NCBI GenBank assembly: GCA_947478395.1
Contig: CANJVR010000004.1
Location: 64,001 to 128,000 of the forward strand
Direction: 5' to 3'
Length of the DNA stretch: 64,000 nucleotides
Origin: Opitutia bacterium
GTDB taxonomy: Bacteria > Verrucomicrobiota > Verrucomicrobiia > Opitutales > Opitutaceae
In this document: positions 18,638 through 28,272 of the stretch, piece by piece
How positions within the stretch are numbered: position 1 is the first letter of the stretch
Layout of the letters: each line of letters begins with the position of its first letter
Notes under the pieces: model-generated
What the model was told of the DNA's origin: nothing
Database searches by the model: none
The model's input: the letters and a program-made list of their open reading frames with translations, nothing else
Program-made: the position numbers and the translations under genes

Positions 18638-21600
18638 TTACCATACGCCACGAACGCCGAGCTCGTAGATTGGGTCGCCGTACTCCGCATGATTAAACGG
18701 CAGGGTCGGAGTCGACGTGATAATTGGGCGGGCGAGGACGTTGCGCGCCTGGAAGTAGGGTGTGAGCTTCCGGCTGTATTTGTAGTCGAGGCGGATATCC
18801 ACCAACTCGCGGGGCGCCTGATATTGGAGCTCGTTGTAGTATTGCTGGTTCGCAACGGCGACGTCGGTGAACTTGACGGTCTTCTGCGAGAAGGCCTTCA
18901 ACACATGGCCGGTGTAATTGGACGTCACAGTGACACCCAGTTTGCCGATGCTGTAGTTCAAGGTGACGTTCAGGGCCTGCTTCACGGAGGCGAATTCCAT
19001 CGTCTTTTGCACCTGCTCGAGGACGGCGCGGCTGAGGTTGGCATCGGTCGAGGAGAACACGGCCCGGCTCTTGATCGGATCGATGCTTAGGATCGTCCCG
19101 TTGATTTGAAGCCCGAGGGTGTTGAACGGTTTGGGCAGGAACGAGAAGTTCTGCGCATAGCCGACTTCGAGGCCGTTGTAGTGGCCGGCCTCGGGGACGT
19201 TGAACTTATAGGTGACGTCGTAATCGCTCACCGTGCCGAGCGCGCTGGTCGAAAGACCGAGCGTGGCGGCCGTTTCATTCGTGAGACCCTGCGTGGCCGT
19301 GACGATGAAGTTCCTGAAGTCCTTCCGGAAGGCTGAGAGCGAGACGACGCTCGACCGGCTGAAGTAGTATTCGGCGCCTGCGTCGAAGCTGGTGACCTGG
19401 TAAGACTTCAAGTTGGGGTTGTAGACCGAAATTCTGCCGCGGGTGCCCGTCGTGCTGTCGGGGGGCGTGTTGGTCGCCGCACCGGGCAGCAAGTCGCTGT
19501 AATCCGGCAGACCGATCGATTTGCTCGCGGCGGCGCGGAAGACGAGCTTGTTGGTCGGCGTGTACTTCAGGTTGACGGAGGGGAACCAGCGCTTGTCGCT
19601 GAAACTGGAGCGCACGATGCTCGGCAGCGTGGGGAGTCGATTTTCCGAATCGGTCTTGTGGTCTTCGTAGCGGAAGCCGCCGGCGATCAGGAGATGATCG
19701 ATGGGGGTCACGTCGAAACGCACATACGCCGCCTTGGTATCATCGACGAAGCGGGCGTTGATGTCGCCGGACGCCGGCGCGTACGGCAGGTATGCAAGGC
19801 CGCCGACGTTGGAGTACAGGCTGTAGAGATTGGTGAAATTGAACGCCGGGAGACCGTAGCCGATCGGGTGCTGCGAAAAATTGGCGTCGTTGAGCGACGA
19901 GAGCTGGGCTCCGGTGATATTGGTCGCGGCTCCAGCGGCGCCGAAACCGGTGGTCGCGCTCGTGCCAGTGCGGTTGAACACGCGATTCTCGATGTTGCGG
20001 GTCGTGCCATCGTAACGCCCGCCGACCTTCACGGACAGGGGGATGGCGAGATGGAACGGCAGCTTGTAGTCGACGTTGTAACCGAAGCGTGTGTCGACGC
20101 CCGTCTGCGGACGGCTGCGAATGGTGGTCGCGCTGAATTTGCCGGTGTCGGTCAAGTCGACGGCGGCGCCGGTGGTGTCGGTCACGCGGTACGAAGGAAC
20201 CACACCGCCGATGTTGTCGAAGCCGACGTTAAGTCCGGTGCGGGAAATCGTGATATCGGAAAACCAGCCGCCGGTGGAGTCGCGGTATTTGCTGTAGGAT
20301 TGGCTCCACGAGCCGCCGGCCTCGAAGGTCGCACCGTTGTTGAATTCGTGGGTTAGGCCCAGTTGGCCGATCCAAGTGACGCCGGCCTTCCACCGATTGA
20401 TGGTGCCGAGGGTGACCGAGCCGGCGCCGGCGCGGCCGTTGACGGTGCCATTGCCGAATGCCGGCGTGGAGGTAGTGGCGAGGCCGGTGAGGGTGCCTGT
20501 GTTTACGGTGAGCACGCGATCCGTGAACAACAGATCGTAGAAATTCCACATGCCCATGGCAGAAATCTTGGTGTGATCATCGGGCTTCCAATCGAACTGG
20601 ACCGAGAACGACTGACGACGGGTGGTCTTTTGCTCGTTCTGCAGATTCCAAGAAGTGAGGGCGGGGTTGGTAGGGAGTCCGCCGTTGGTGGGATTGTATT
20701 CCCAGGTATAGGTGGAGCGCGGGTAGTCGTTGATGAGCGTAGAATTCTTGTAGCTCAGATTCAGGCCAAGATTTGGACGGAGATGTTTGGCCAAGTTGAG
20801 GTCGATACCGGGAAAAATCTTGCTGGTTTTTTCCTGCCCGTAGCCTTCCGTGCGACCGAATGTGAGCACAGTGTCCGTGGCTTGGAGATACGCGCGGTAG
20901 GTGATCTGGTCGCCTTCGCGGTCGAGCGCGCTCTTGCTCACGAGATTGATCAAGCCGCCGGTGCTGATGGCGGGGATTTCGGGCGAAAGAGTTTTGATGA
21001 CCTCGACGGTTTCAACGTTGTTGATCGCCACCTGCTCGAATTCGAATCGGCGGTTCAAGTTACCGGAAGTCGCGCTGGCGATGGGGCTGCCGTTCATGGT
21101 GACGTTTGTGAACGCCGTGGACATGCCGCGCAGCGTGACCGCGCGCGCATCGTTGGCGTTGTAGTCCACGCCGACACCGGGGAGGAATTTGAGGTACTCG
21201 GCGGCGTTACCTTCGGCGATGTCGCCGTATTGATCGCCTGCTGCCACTACCTTGGCGTTCATCGACATCTTCTGGATGGCGACGGCCTGGGCCATGCCTT
21301 CCTTGGTTCCGGCAACTTTGAATTCCGTCAGGGTCACGACGCCCGACGCTTGTCCTAGACGAACGGGAACGGTGGCCGTCTGGCCTGCGCCGACGGTGAC
21401 TGGCTGGGTCGCAACATCCATACCGGGATAAGTAATGACAACTTTTTGGGCTCCCGCCGGTACGCCGCTGAATTCGAAATTGCCGGAGCGGGTGGTCGTC
21501 GTCCGCAGGGCCGTACCCTCAATCACGACATCGGCGCCTTCGAGATATTTACCCGTGTTGGCGTCGGCGACCGTGCCGGCGATCGAGCCGGAAGTGGACT

Positions 21601-21751
21601 GCGCAAATAAAGATGCGCTCAGGGAGAGGAACGAGACGGCGAGCCGTGTGGTAAGCCAGCGGCCGAATCTTCCGACTTTCAGTAACGAGGTTTGGGTGGT
21701 CATTTTAGGATGGGGCGTAGTTGCTCCGGAAAAAAGAATGGGGTTCATCAT
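18638..21751 (-). CDS. TonB-dependent receptor with carboxypeptidase-regulatory-like N-domain
   Basis: 1037 aa; GSIAGTV.DA.TG.YLEGA N-domain; plug NAAEYLKFLPGV...LRGM...IETVEVIK; beta-barrel ending GVRGVW; exact start uncertain. Confidence 0.92.
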   Translation of the reverse strand: MMNPILFSGATTPHPKMTTQTSLLKVGRFGRWLTTRLAVSFLSLSASLFAQSTSGSIAGTVADANTGKYLEGADVVIEGTALRTTTTRSGNFEFSGVPAGAQKVVITYPGMDVATQPVTVGAGQTATVPVRLGQASGVVTLTEFKVAGTKEGMAQAVAIQKMSMNAKVVAAGDQYGDIAEGNAAEYLKFLPGVGVDYNANDARAVTLRGMSTAFTNVTMNGSPIASATSGNLNRRFEFEQVAINNVETVEVIKTLSPEIPAISTGGLINLVSKSALDREGDQITYRAYLQATDTVLTFGRTEGYGQEKTSKIFPGIDLNLAKHLRPNLGLNLSYKNSTLINDYPRSTYTWEYNPTNGGLPTNPALTSWNLQNEQKTTRRQSFSVQFDWKPDDHTKISAMGMWNFYDLLFTDRVLTVNTGTLTGLATTSTPAFGNGTVNGRAGAGSVTLGTINRWKAGVTWIGQLGLTHEFNNGATFEAGGSWSQSYSKYRDSTGGWFSDITISRTGLNVGFDNIGGVVPSYRVTDTTGAAVDLTDTGKFSATTIRSRPQTGVDTRFGYNVDYKLPFHLAIPLSVKVGGRYDGTTRNIENRVFNRTGTSATTGFGAAGAATNITGAQLSSLNDANFSQHPIGYGLPAFNFTNLYSLYSNVGGLAYLPYAPASGDINARFVDDTKAAYVRFDVTPIDHLLIAGGFRYEDHKTDSENRLPTLPSIVRSSFSDKRWFPSVNLKYTPTNKLVFRAAASKSIGLPDYSDLLPGAATNTPPDSTTGTRGRISVYNPNLKSYQVTSFDAGAEYYFSRSSVVSLSAFRKDFRNFIVTATQGLTNETAATLGLSTSALGTVSDYDVTYKFNVPEAGHYNGLEVGYAQNFSFLPKPFNTLGLQINGTILSIDPIKSRAVFSSTDANLSRAVLEQVQKTMEFASVKQALNVTLNYSIGKLGVTVTSNYTGHVLKAFSQKTVKFTDVAVANQQYYNELQYQAPRELVDIRLDYKYSRKLTPYFQARNVLARPIITSTPTLPFNHAEYGDPIYELGVRGVW

Positions 21752-22006
21752 ATCCCCTCAGAAAATGTCGCGTTGGGCTCCAATGAGGCAGCGCACAGTT
21801 CACGAAAAAATGTTCGGGGTTAATAGGGTGTCGCGGGAATCGCAGGGGCGCAGAGATGCGTCAAACGAAAAAGGACACGTGTCTTCTTTTCATCATTAGC
21901 CGCCTGGTGGCATGGCTTCCGATGGATGCGGCATCGCCGCGGTGGGTGGGCGGGGTCGGGCGTGCAGCGCGACCGAAATCGATGGGCCTCAGTATCGGCG
22001 GGTCGG

Positions 22007-22804
22007 CTACGGCGTCGCGGGGAGATGCAGCTCCCTCACCCAAATGTTTCTGAAGCTTACCGGATTTCCGTGATCTTGCAGAGTAATCGGCAGTGCGGCC
22101 GCGTGCGCCGCGTAGGGCGGTAATTTGGGTTCGCGAAAACTCGCGCCATTGGGCGTCGGCCCCGTCAGCACGACATCGTGAAGCACGAGGACGCCGTTGT
22201 GAAATGCCGTCATGCGAGCGGGTCGCTGTAGCTTGCCGTCGGCTGAAAATCGGGGGGCAATAAATATCGCGTCGTAGCTTTGCCACTCGCCGGGCGGACG
22301 ACTGGCATTCACCAATGGCGCGTGCTCCTTGTAGACCGATCCGGCCTGGCCGTTGACGTAGGTCGCATTGTTGTAGGAATCGAGGATTTGGAGCTCATAC
22401 AGGCCCATGAAAAAAACGCCGCTGTTTCCCCGGCCTTGACCGTCGCCTTTGACTTCCGCCGGAGTGCGAAACTCTAGGTGTAACTGGACATCCCCAAACG
22501 ATTGCTTCGTGCCCAGATCGCCGGGTCTTCCTGCTGGGACGGCCATCGTGCCGTCCGCGACTTTCCAGAGTCGCCCGGTTGGAGCCACGGGTTGCCAAGC
22601 GTCGAGATTTTGGCCGTCGAATAACACCACGGCGTCCGTCGGCAACCCGGTGCTCGATGGTACCGAAACCACCGCCGGAATTGGCGTCCATACTTCCGTG
22701 AAGGTCTCGGGCGCCGGCGGCCGGCCGGCGGCGGATTGCTCGGCCGCAGTGGCCAGTGTTGCGAATGCGAGTGACAGCGAGGCACAAAACAGAACGGGGC
22801 GCAT
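22007..22804 (-). CDS. DUF1080 (3-keto-disaccharide hydrolase-like) exported protein
   Basis: LFDGQNLDAW, LHLEFRTP, GNSGVF, YELQILDS, GEWQSYD and LQDHGNPVSFRNIWVREL; start likely ATG 22804. Confidence 0.9.
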   Translation of the reverse strand: MRPVLFCASLSLAFATLATAAEQSAAGRPPAPETFTEVWTPIPAVVSVPSSTGLPTDAVVLFDGQNLDAWQPVAPTGRLWKVADGTMAVPAGRPGDLGTKQSFGDVQLHLEFRTPAEVKGDGQGRGNSGVFFMGLYELQILDSYNNATYVNGQAGSVYKEHAPLVNASRPPGEWQSYDAIFIAPRFSADGKLQRPARMTAFHNGVLVLHDVVLTGPTPNGASFREPKLPPYAAHAAALPITLQDHGNPVSFRNIWVRELHLPATP

Positions 22805-22979
22805 GGGGTAAAAAGCTACGCAGACATTTCGCATCACCGTGGACGGCGCAATGCTATCTTAGGCGCTCGTGAACCAACGATTTTATCGGCGCCGGGCGGG
22901 CGATCATCGCGTGCGAGGTCCCGGTGTTCTTCGTCAATGCCGCTAGGTATTGCACGATGGGCTAAGTCTGTTTTAGGGC

Positions 22980-23025
22980 GCGCAATAAATGCACACGCGG
23001 CCTCCAGTGCGCGCAAAGAGTGCAC
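22980..23025 (+). promoter_or_regulatory. Tandem candidate enhancer (UAS) sites for a sigma54 activator
   Basis: GCGCAATAAATGCAC (22980-22994) and GCGCAAAGAGTGCAC (23011-23025), 31 bp apart, upstream of a -24/-12 promoter. Confidence 0.55.
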
Positions 23026-23066
23026 ATAAATGACGCCAATCCCCGCGTTTCGCCCCGTTTCGCCCC

Positions 23067-23084
23067 TTGGCATGCCCATTGCAT
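23067..23084 (+). promoter_or_regulatory. Sigma54 (-24/-12) promoter of the T2SS-like operon
   Basis: TTGGCATGCCCATTGCAT matches TGGCACG-N4-TTGCW with exact GG-N10-GC spacing, 19 bp before ATG 23104. Confidence 0.8.
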
Positions 23085-23103
23085 AGGCGACGGCCCTCAG
23101 TTT

Positions 23104-23757
23104 ATGAACTCACTAATCGACTCCTCTCGCGTTTCGTTTCGCGCTCACCCCGCTCGCGGTTTGTCGCTGTTGTTGGCCTTCGGCGTCACGGCATCCGCTC
23201 TTTTTGCCCAAGCTGATCCCAACGCCGCACCCGCTGACGCGGCGAATCAGAACGGGCGCGGTCGTCGCGGGCAAAATGCCGGCGGCCAAGGCCAGGTCCC
23301 GGGTGGCGGTCGGGGAAATTTTAATCCGGAAGAAATGCTGCAACAACGGATGACGCAGATGCGCGAACAATTTGAGATCACCGACGATGCAGAGTGGAAA
23401 GTGATCTCCGACCGCATCACGACCGTTAGCGAGGCCCAGCGTCTTTCGATGACTGCGGGCATGGGTGGCGGCGGGCGTGGCGGATTCGGCGGTCCCGGTG
23501 GCGCTCCTGGAGGCCGCGGCGCTGCTGGCGGTAATCGCGGCGGTCGCCAGGGTTTGAATGCGAACCCTGAGCAGGATGCACTGCGTCAAGCGGTGACCGA
23601 CAAACTGCCTGACGCCGAGATCAAGTCCCGTCTCGCGAGTCTGCGCGAAGCCCGCAAGGCCAACGAGGAAAAGCTCAGCAAAACGCAGGAAGAGTTGCGC
23701 GCGGTCCTCAGCGTGCGACAGGAAGCGGTCGCGGTGATGCTCGGACTACTGCCTTAA
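23104..23757 (+). CDS. Exported Gly/Arg-rich helical protein, Spy/CpxP/ZraP-like
   Basis: Signal peptide ending ALFA-Q; two helical blocks with LTxxQ-like motifs (FEITDDAE, VLSVRQ) separated by an RGG-rich linker; family call is an inference. Confidence 0.6.
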   Translation: MNSLIDSSRVSFRAHPARGLSLLLAFGVTASALFAQADPNAAPADAANQNGRGRRGQNAGGQGQVPGGGRGNFNPEEMLQQRMTQMREQFEITDDAEWKVISDRITTVSEAQRLSMTAGMGGGGRGGFGGPGGAPGGRGAAGGNRGGRQGLNANPEQDALRQAVTDKLPDAEIKSRLASLREARKANEEKLSKTQEELRAVLSVRQEAVAVMLGLLP

Positions 23758-23766
23758 CGTTTCACC

Positions 23767-25539
23767 GTGCTGACCGAAAATTCCTCCGCGGCGCAGAACG
23801 GAAACGGAACGATTCCGGAAGCGCTCAGCCGCATGATTGCGGCGAAGCAACTCACGGAAACGGACGCCCGATCCTATGTTGTCCAGAACCCTGCACCCGA
23901 AGCGCTGACGGAGGAGCGTGTTCTGCGCTGGCTGGCCCGGGAATATGGGGTCGGCTTTGCCGCGCTCGACGAACTCGAGCCGGACAAGCAAGTGCTGTCA
24001 CTTTTCCCGGCGCGGTTATTGTTGCGCGACGAACTCCTGCCGCTTCGTCGCGTCGGTCACGAAATTGAAATCGCGACGAGCCGGCTTTTTGCCACCCAAG
24101 GTCTTGATGGCCTGAAGGCGCTGACTGGCCTGCGCCTGCGGCCGGTGCTGTCGACGACCGAGATGATTGGTCGCGAAATGAAAAAGCGGCTCGGTGTCGG
24201 TGCTGATACGATCGATACGCTGGACGACGAGGCGGGTTTACAGGTCGTCGACGAAAATGGCAGCACCGACAACAACCTCGATGAGGCCGCGGAGGACGCC
24301 TCGATCATCCGGTTCGTTAATCAGGTGTTGAAAGACGCCATCGAGCTTCGCGCTTCGGACGTCCACCTCGAACCATTCGAGGACGAGTTGCGCATCCGCT
24401 ACCGCATCGACGGTGTGCTGCAGGAAGTGCCGGTGCCGGCGCAGATCAAGCGCTTCCAGCCGGCCATCGTAGCGCGCGTCAAGATTCTCAGTCATCTTAA
24501 CATCGCCGAGAAGCGCTTGCCGCAGGACGGACGCATCAAGGTCCGCATCGAGGATGCCGAGGTCGACATCCGCGTTTCAATTATTCCGATGTTGCATGGC
24601 GAAGCGGTGGTCATGCGTTTGCTGCGCCAGAATTCAAAGCTGCGCGGTGCGCGTGATCTCGGCATGGGTGCGCGCGAGCTCACCTGTCTCCAGCGCGTGC
24701 TGGAGTTGCCGCACGGCATCGTGCTTGTCACCGGTCCGACCGGCTCGGGCAAAACCTCCACGCTTTATACGGCTCTCAACGAGATTAACGACTCCGAGCG
24801 CAAGATCATCACCATCGAGGACCCCGTCGAATACCAGCTCAAGGGGGTAAACCAAATCCAGGTCTCGGAGAAATCCGGCCTGACGTTTGCCCGCGGTCTA
24901 CGTTCGATTTTGCGTCACGACCCGGACGTCGTGCTGATCGGTGAAATCCGCGATCAGGAAACCGCGCAGATCGCGGTGCAAGCGTCACTCACGGGTCACT
25001 TGGTTTTTTCCACGCTCCACACCAACGACGCGGCCGGCGCGCTCACGCGTCTGGTCGACATGGGCGTTGAGCCGTACCTCGTGGCTTCGTCCCTCGAAGC
25101 CGTCTTGGCCCAGCGCCTCGTGCGGTTGCTTTGCCCGCATTGCAAGCAGGTCGACACGACGCCCGAGGCGCGCGAGTACAAGATCAAGCTCGGGATCAAG
25201 CCCGAGGCGAAAGTCTACCGCGCCGTTGGTTGCCGCGAATGTCGCAATACCGGTTACCACGGTCGCCGCGCGATTTTCGAATGGATGGATTCGAGCAGCG
25301 AGATCCGCTCGTTGATTTTGAAAAACGCGTCGACCGACGCCATTCGCGATTCCGCTCGTCGGGCGGGCATGATCACGCTCGCCGAGGATGGACGCCGGCT
25401 CGTCGAGGAGGGCATCACCACGATCGAAGAAATTCTGAGCGTGACCACGGTGCACGAAATGGAATCGACCCCGGCGACGCCGCCGCAAACTTCCGGAACG
25501 GCCGGCGTTCAGCCGGCATTGCCGCGTTCATTGATCTAG
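23767..25539 (+). CDS. gspE: Type II secretion ATPase GspE/PilB family
   Basis: ASDVHLEP, EKRLPQDGR, GPTGSGKT, TIEDPVE, LRHDPDV, TGHLVFSTLHTN and CPHC/CREC zinc motif. Confidence 0.95.
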   Translation: MLTENSSAAQNGNGTIPEALSRMIAAKQLTETDARSYVVQNPAPEALTEERVLRWLAREYGVGFAALDELEPDKQVLSLFPARLLLRDELLPLRRVGHEIEIATSRLFATQGLDGLKALTGLRLRPVLSTTEMIGREMKKRLGVGADTIDTLDDEAGLQVVDENGSTDNNLDEAAEDASIIRFVNQVLKDAIELRASDVHLEPFEDELRIRYRIDGVLQEVPVPAQIKRFQPAIVARVKILSHLNIAEKRLPQDGRIKVRIEDAEVDIRVSIIPMLHGEAVVMRLLRQNSKLRGARDLGMGARELTCLQRVLELPHGIVLVTGPTGSGKTSTLYTALNEINDSERKIITIEDPVEYQLKGVNQIQVSEKSGLTFARGLRSILRHDPDVVLIGEIRDQETAQIAVQASLTGHLVFSTLHTNDAAGALTRLVDMGVEPYLVASSLEAVLAQRLVRLLCPHCKQVDTTPEAREYKIKLGIKPEAKVYRAVGCRECRNTGYHGRRAIFEWMDSSSEIRSLILKNASTDAIRDSARRAGMITLAEDGRRLVEEGITTIEEILSVTTVHEMESTPATPPQTSGTAGVQPALPRSLI

Positions 25540-25551
25540 CGTTTCCCCGCG

Positions 25552-26820
25552 ATGCCCCAATTTGCATTTAAAGCCATGCAGCACGATGGCGTTCTGACCG
25601 AGGGGTTTCTCGACGCGAGTAACCGGCAGGAAGCGGTGCGCCAGGTCGAGGGTCGCGGGCTGAAACCTATTCGGCTTTCGGAGTCGAGCGCCCCGGCGCC
25701 AAAAAAAATCGCGGCGAAGGCCGGCGCGACGGAGGCTACGGCGAAAGGCGGACTGCTCGCACTCTCCATCGGTGGGGCCAAAAAAATCACGCCGCGCATG
25801 TTGGAAAATTTCACGCGGCTGCTGTCGAGCTTGCTCGCGGCGGGGGTGCCGTTTAGCCGGGCGCTGGTCATTCTTCATCGTGAATCCGCGGAGCCAGTGG
25901 CGAAGGCTAAGTGGAAAGAAATCCACGATCTGGTTATCGACGGCATGTCGCTTTCGAAAGCGATGGAGCGTTCACCGGAAACCTTTCCGCGCGTTTACGT
26001 CGCGATGGTCGAGGCGGGCGAAACCGGCGGGTTTCTCGATGTTGTACTCGCGCAGATCGCGGATTTTCAGGCGCGGGAAAAAGAACTGAAATCGAAGGTG
26101 ATGACCGCGCTGATGTATCCGATCATCCTGCTGATCCTCGCGCTGGGCGTTTTGATTTTTCTGATGGTGTTTTTTATCCCGCGTTTCCAGCTGATCTTCG
26201 CGGGCTTCAACGCGGAGCTGCCGTTGATCACGCAGGTGATCGTGAAAACCAGCCAGATCGTCCGTGGTTACGGTTTGTTTCTCCTCGCCGGTGTAATCGC
26301 CGGATTTTTCTCGCTCAGAACTTGGCTGAACTCGCCGAAAGGGCGGCGGGCGTGGGAAGGGATGATGCTGAAAATCACGCTCGTCGGCCCGCTGATCGCG
26401 CAATTTGCGATGGCCCGTTTTTGCCGAATGCTGGGCACCCTATTGCAGGCCGGTGTACCCTTGATCAGCGCCCTGAACGTCGCGCGACGTTCTATTGGCA
26501 ATCAGGTGCTCATCGACGCGGTATCCGATTCGATCGATCGCGTGAAGGAGGGTAAACCCCTCGGCAAAAGCTTGGCGCAAAACCGAGATCTATTCCCTGG
26601 CGCGATCGTCGAAATGATCTCGGTCGCGGAGGAAAGCGGAAAGCTCGACGTTGAGCTGATGCGCATAGCCGCGGTGACGGAAGGCGATCTCGACCGTCAG
26701 CTCAAGTCGGTCGTGGCCCTTGCCGAGCCCGTGATGCTGTTCTTCATCGCGGCGTTCATTGGCACCATCTTCATCGGCATGGTGATCCCGATCTTCTCTC
26801 TGCAAGACCACATCAAATAA
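25552..26820 (+). CDS. gspF: Type II secretion inner membrane platform protein GspF/PilC
   Basis: FTRLLSSLLAAGVP, AGETGG.L, ALMYP, AEESGKL and LAEPVML. Confidence 0.95.
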   Translation: MPQFAFKAMQHDGVLTEGFLDASNRQEAVRQVEGRGLKPIRLSESSAPAPKKIAAKAGATEATAKGGLLALSIGGAKKITPRMLENFTRLLSSLLAAGVPFSRALVILHRESAEPVAKAKWKEIHDLVIDGMSLSKAMERSPETFPRVYVAMVEAGETGGFLDVVLAQIADFQAREKELKSKVMTALMYPIILLILALGVLIFLMVFFIPRFQLIFAGFNAELPLITQVIVKTSQIVRGYGLFLLAGVIAGFFSLRTWLNSPKGRRAWEGMMLKITLVGPLIAQFAMARFCRMLGTLLQAGVPLISALNVARRSIGNQVLIDAVSDSIDRVKEGKPLGKSLAQNRDLFPGAIVEMISVAEESGKLDVELMRIAAVTEGDLDRQLKSVVALAEPVMLFFIAAFIGTIFIGMVIPIFSLQDHIK

Positions 26821-26827
26821 TTCCTCC

Positions 26828-27283
26828 ATGAAATTAAAATCCTCCACGCAATCATTTGGGCGTCGGTCCCGCCGCGGTGGCTTCACGCTCGTTGAACTTC
26901 TGCTCGTGCTTGTCATTCTCGGAATTTTGGCGGCGCTCGTGCTGCCGAAGTTCAGCGGCCGCACCGAGCAGGCGCGCATCACCGCGGCCCAGACTCAAAT
27001 CTCCACGTTTAAAACCGCGCTCGACGGCTTTGAAGTCGACACCGGCAGCTATCCGCGGGGCACCGACGGACTGCAGCAATTGCTCGTGGCCTCGCCCGAC
27101 GTCAGCGGCTGGCGCGGACCGTATCTGAGCAGCGATATTCCGCTCGATCCCTGGGGTCATCCCTACTCTTACGAGTATCCGGGCCGCATTAATTCCAACG
27201 GATTTGATATCATTTCGATGGGACCCGACGGCCAGCCTGGCACGAACGACGACATCATGAATGCAACTATCTCGGCAAAGTAA
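26828..27283 (+). CDS. gspG: Major pseudopilin GspG
   Basis: GFTLVELLLVLVILGILAA, WRGPYL, DPWGHPY.Y and SMGPDGQPGTNDDI. Confidence 0.95.
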   Translation: MKLKSSTQSFGRRSRRGGFTLVELLLVLVILGILAALVLPKFSGRTEQARITAAQTQISTFKTALDGFEVDTGSYPRGTDGLQQLLVASPDVSGWRGPYLSSDIPLDPWGHPYSYEYPGRINSNGFDIISMGPDGQPGTNDDIMNATISAK

Positions 27284-27839
27284 CGGATTGAGCCGCGCTT
27301 CGTTTTGGGCGCGCGGTCGACGCGGTTTCACGCTGATCGAGCTGATCTTCGTGCTGACGATCCTCGCCATCAGCGCCGCGTTTGTGGCGGCGCGGATGAG
27401 TTCTTTTTTCCGTGGACGAGCGCTGAACTTCGAGGCGCGCCGCATGTTGTCGCTCGCCCACTACGGCCAGAGCCGCGCGGTGGCCGAGGGTGTGCCAGTC
27501 TTACTGTGGCTGAATGGCAAGGACTCGACCTACGGTCTCACGGTCCAATCCAGCTTCAACGATACCGATGGCGATATGCACGCGAACCTCTACACCTTGG
27601 ACCCAAGTATTAGCCTGCAGACGATCGCGAACGATGGCGCATCGGTCTCGGAGCGGGACGACGAAAAGCTCGGCGTGCCCGAGGATCTGGCGTTCATTCG
27701 TTTTACCCCCGACGGCTTCTTCGACGATTCGAGCGTGCGCAAAATCACGCTGAGTCAGGGCGTCGAAGCCGCCCTCGATCTGGTGCCAATGCTCAACCGG
27801 CTCGGTTACGAAATTCGGCCCGCTTCCAATGCCAATTGA
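27261..27839 (+). CDS. gspH: Minor pseudopilin, GspH/FimT-like
   Basis: RRGFTLIELIFVL prepilin motif; IRFTPDG; lies directly after gspG. Confidence 0.75.
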   Translation: MQLSRQSNGLSRASFWARGRRGFTLIELIFVLTILAISAAFVAARMSSFFRGRALNFEARRMLSLAHYGQSRAVAEGVPVLLWLNGKDSTYGLTVQSSFNDTDGDMHANLYTLDPSISLQTIANDGASVSERDDEKLGVPEDLAFIRFTPDGFFDDSSVRKITLSQGVEAALDLVPMLNRLGYEIRPASNAN

Positions 27840-28272
27840 GTTCGAGTCTTTCGCGCCCCGCCGGACTTCGTTTCTCCGCCATCGGAGCCAACGCGGATTT
27901 ACTTTGGTCGAAGTGCTCGCGGCGTTGTTGTTCATGGCCATTCTGATTCCGGCGACCATGCACGGCGTCGCTGTTTCGAGCCGCGCGGGTATTCTGGGAC
28001 AGCGCAAATCGACCGCGATGCGCATCGCCGAACGCGTCCTCGATGAACAGATCCTCACCGGTCAGGTGACCACCGGACCCGGCAACGGCAGTATCATCGA
28101 TGGCGACGTCACGTATCCGTGGACGTTGAAGGTCGATTCGTGGAGTGAAGACGCCATGAGTCTGGTGACCGTGTTGGTGTCTTTCGAAGTGCAAGGCAGC
28201 ACTTTCGACGTCGGCGCCAGCACGCTGTACGATCCCACTGCCGGTTCGACCACCACGGCATCCACGCCCTGA
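27829..28272 (+). CDS. gspI: Minor pseudopilin, GspI-like
   Basis: QRGFTLVEVLAAL prepilin motif; 147 aa; position in cluster. Confidence 0.7.
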   Translation: MPIEFESFAPRRTSFLRHRSQRGFTLVEVLAALLFMAILIPATMHGVAVSSRAGILGQRKSTAMRIAERVLDEQILTGQVTTGPGNGSIIDGDVTYPWTLKVDSWSEDAMSLVTVLVSFEVQGSTFDVGASTLYDPTAGSTTTASTP

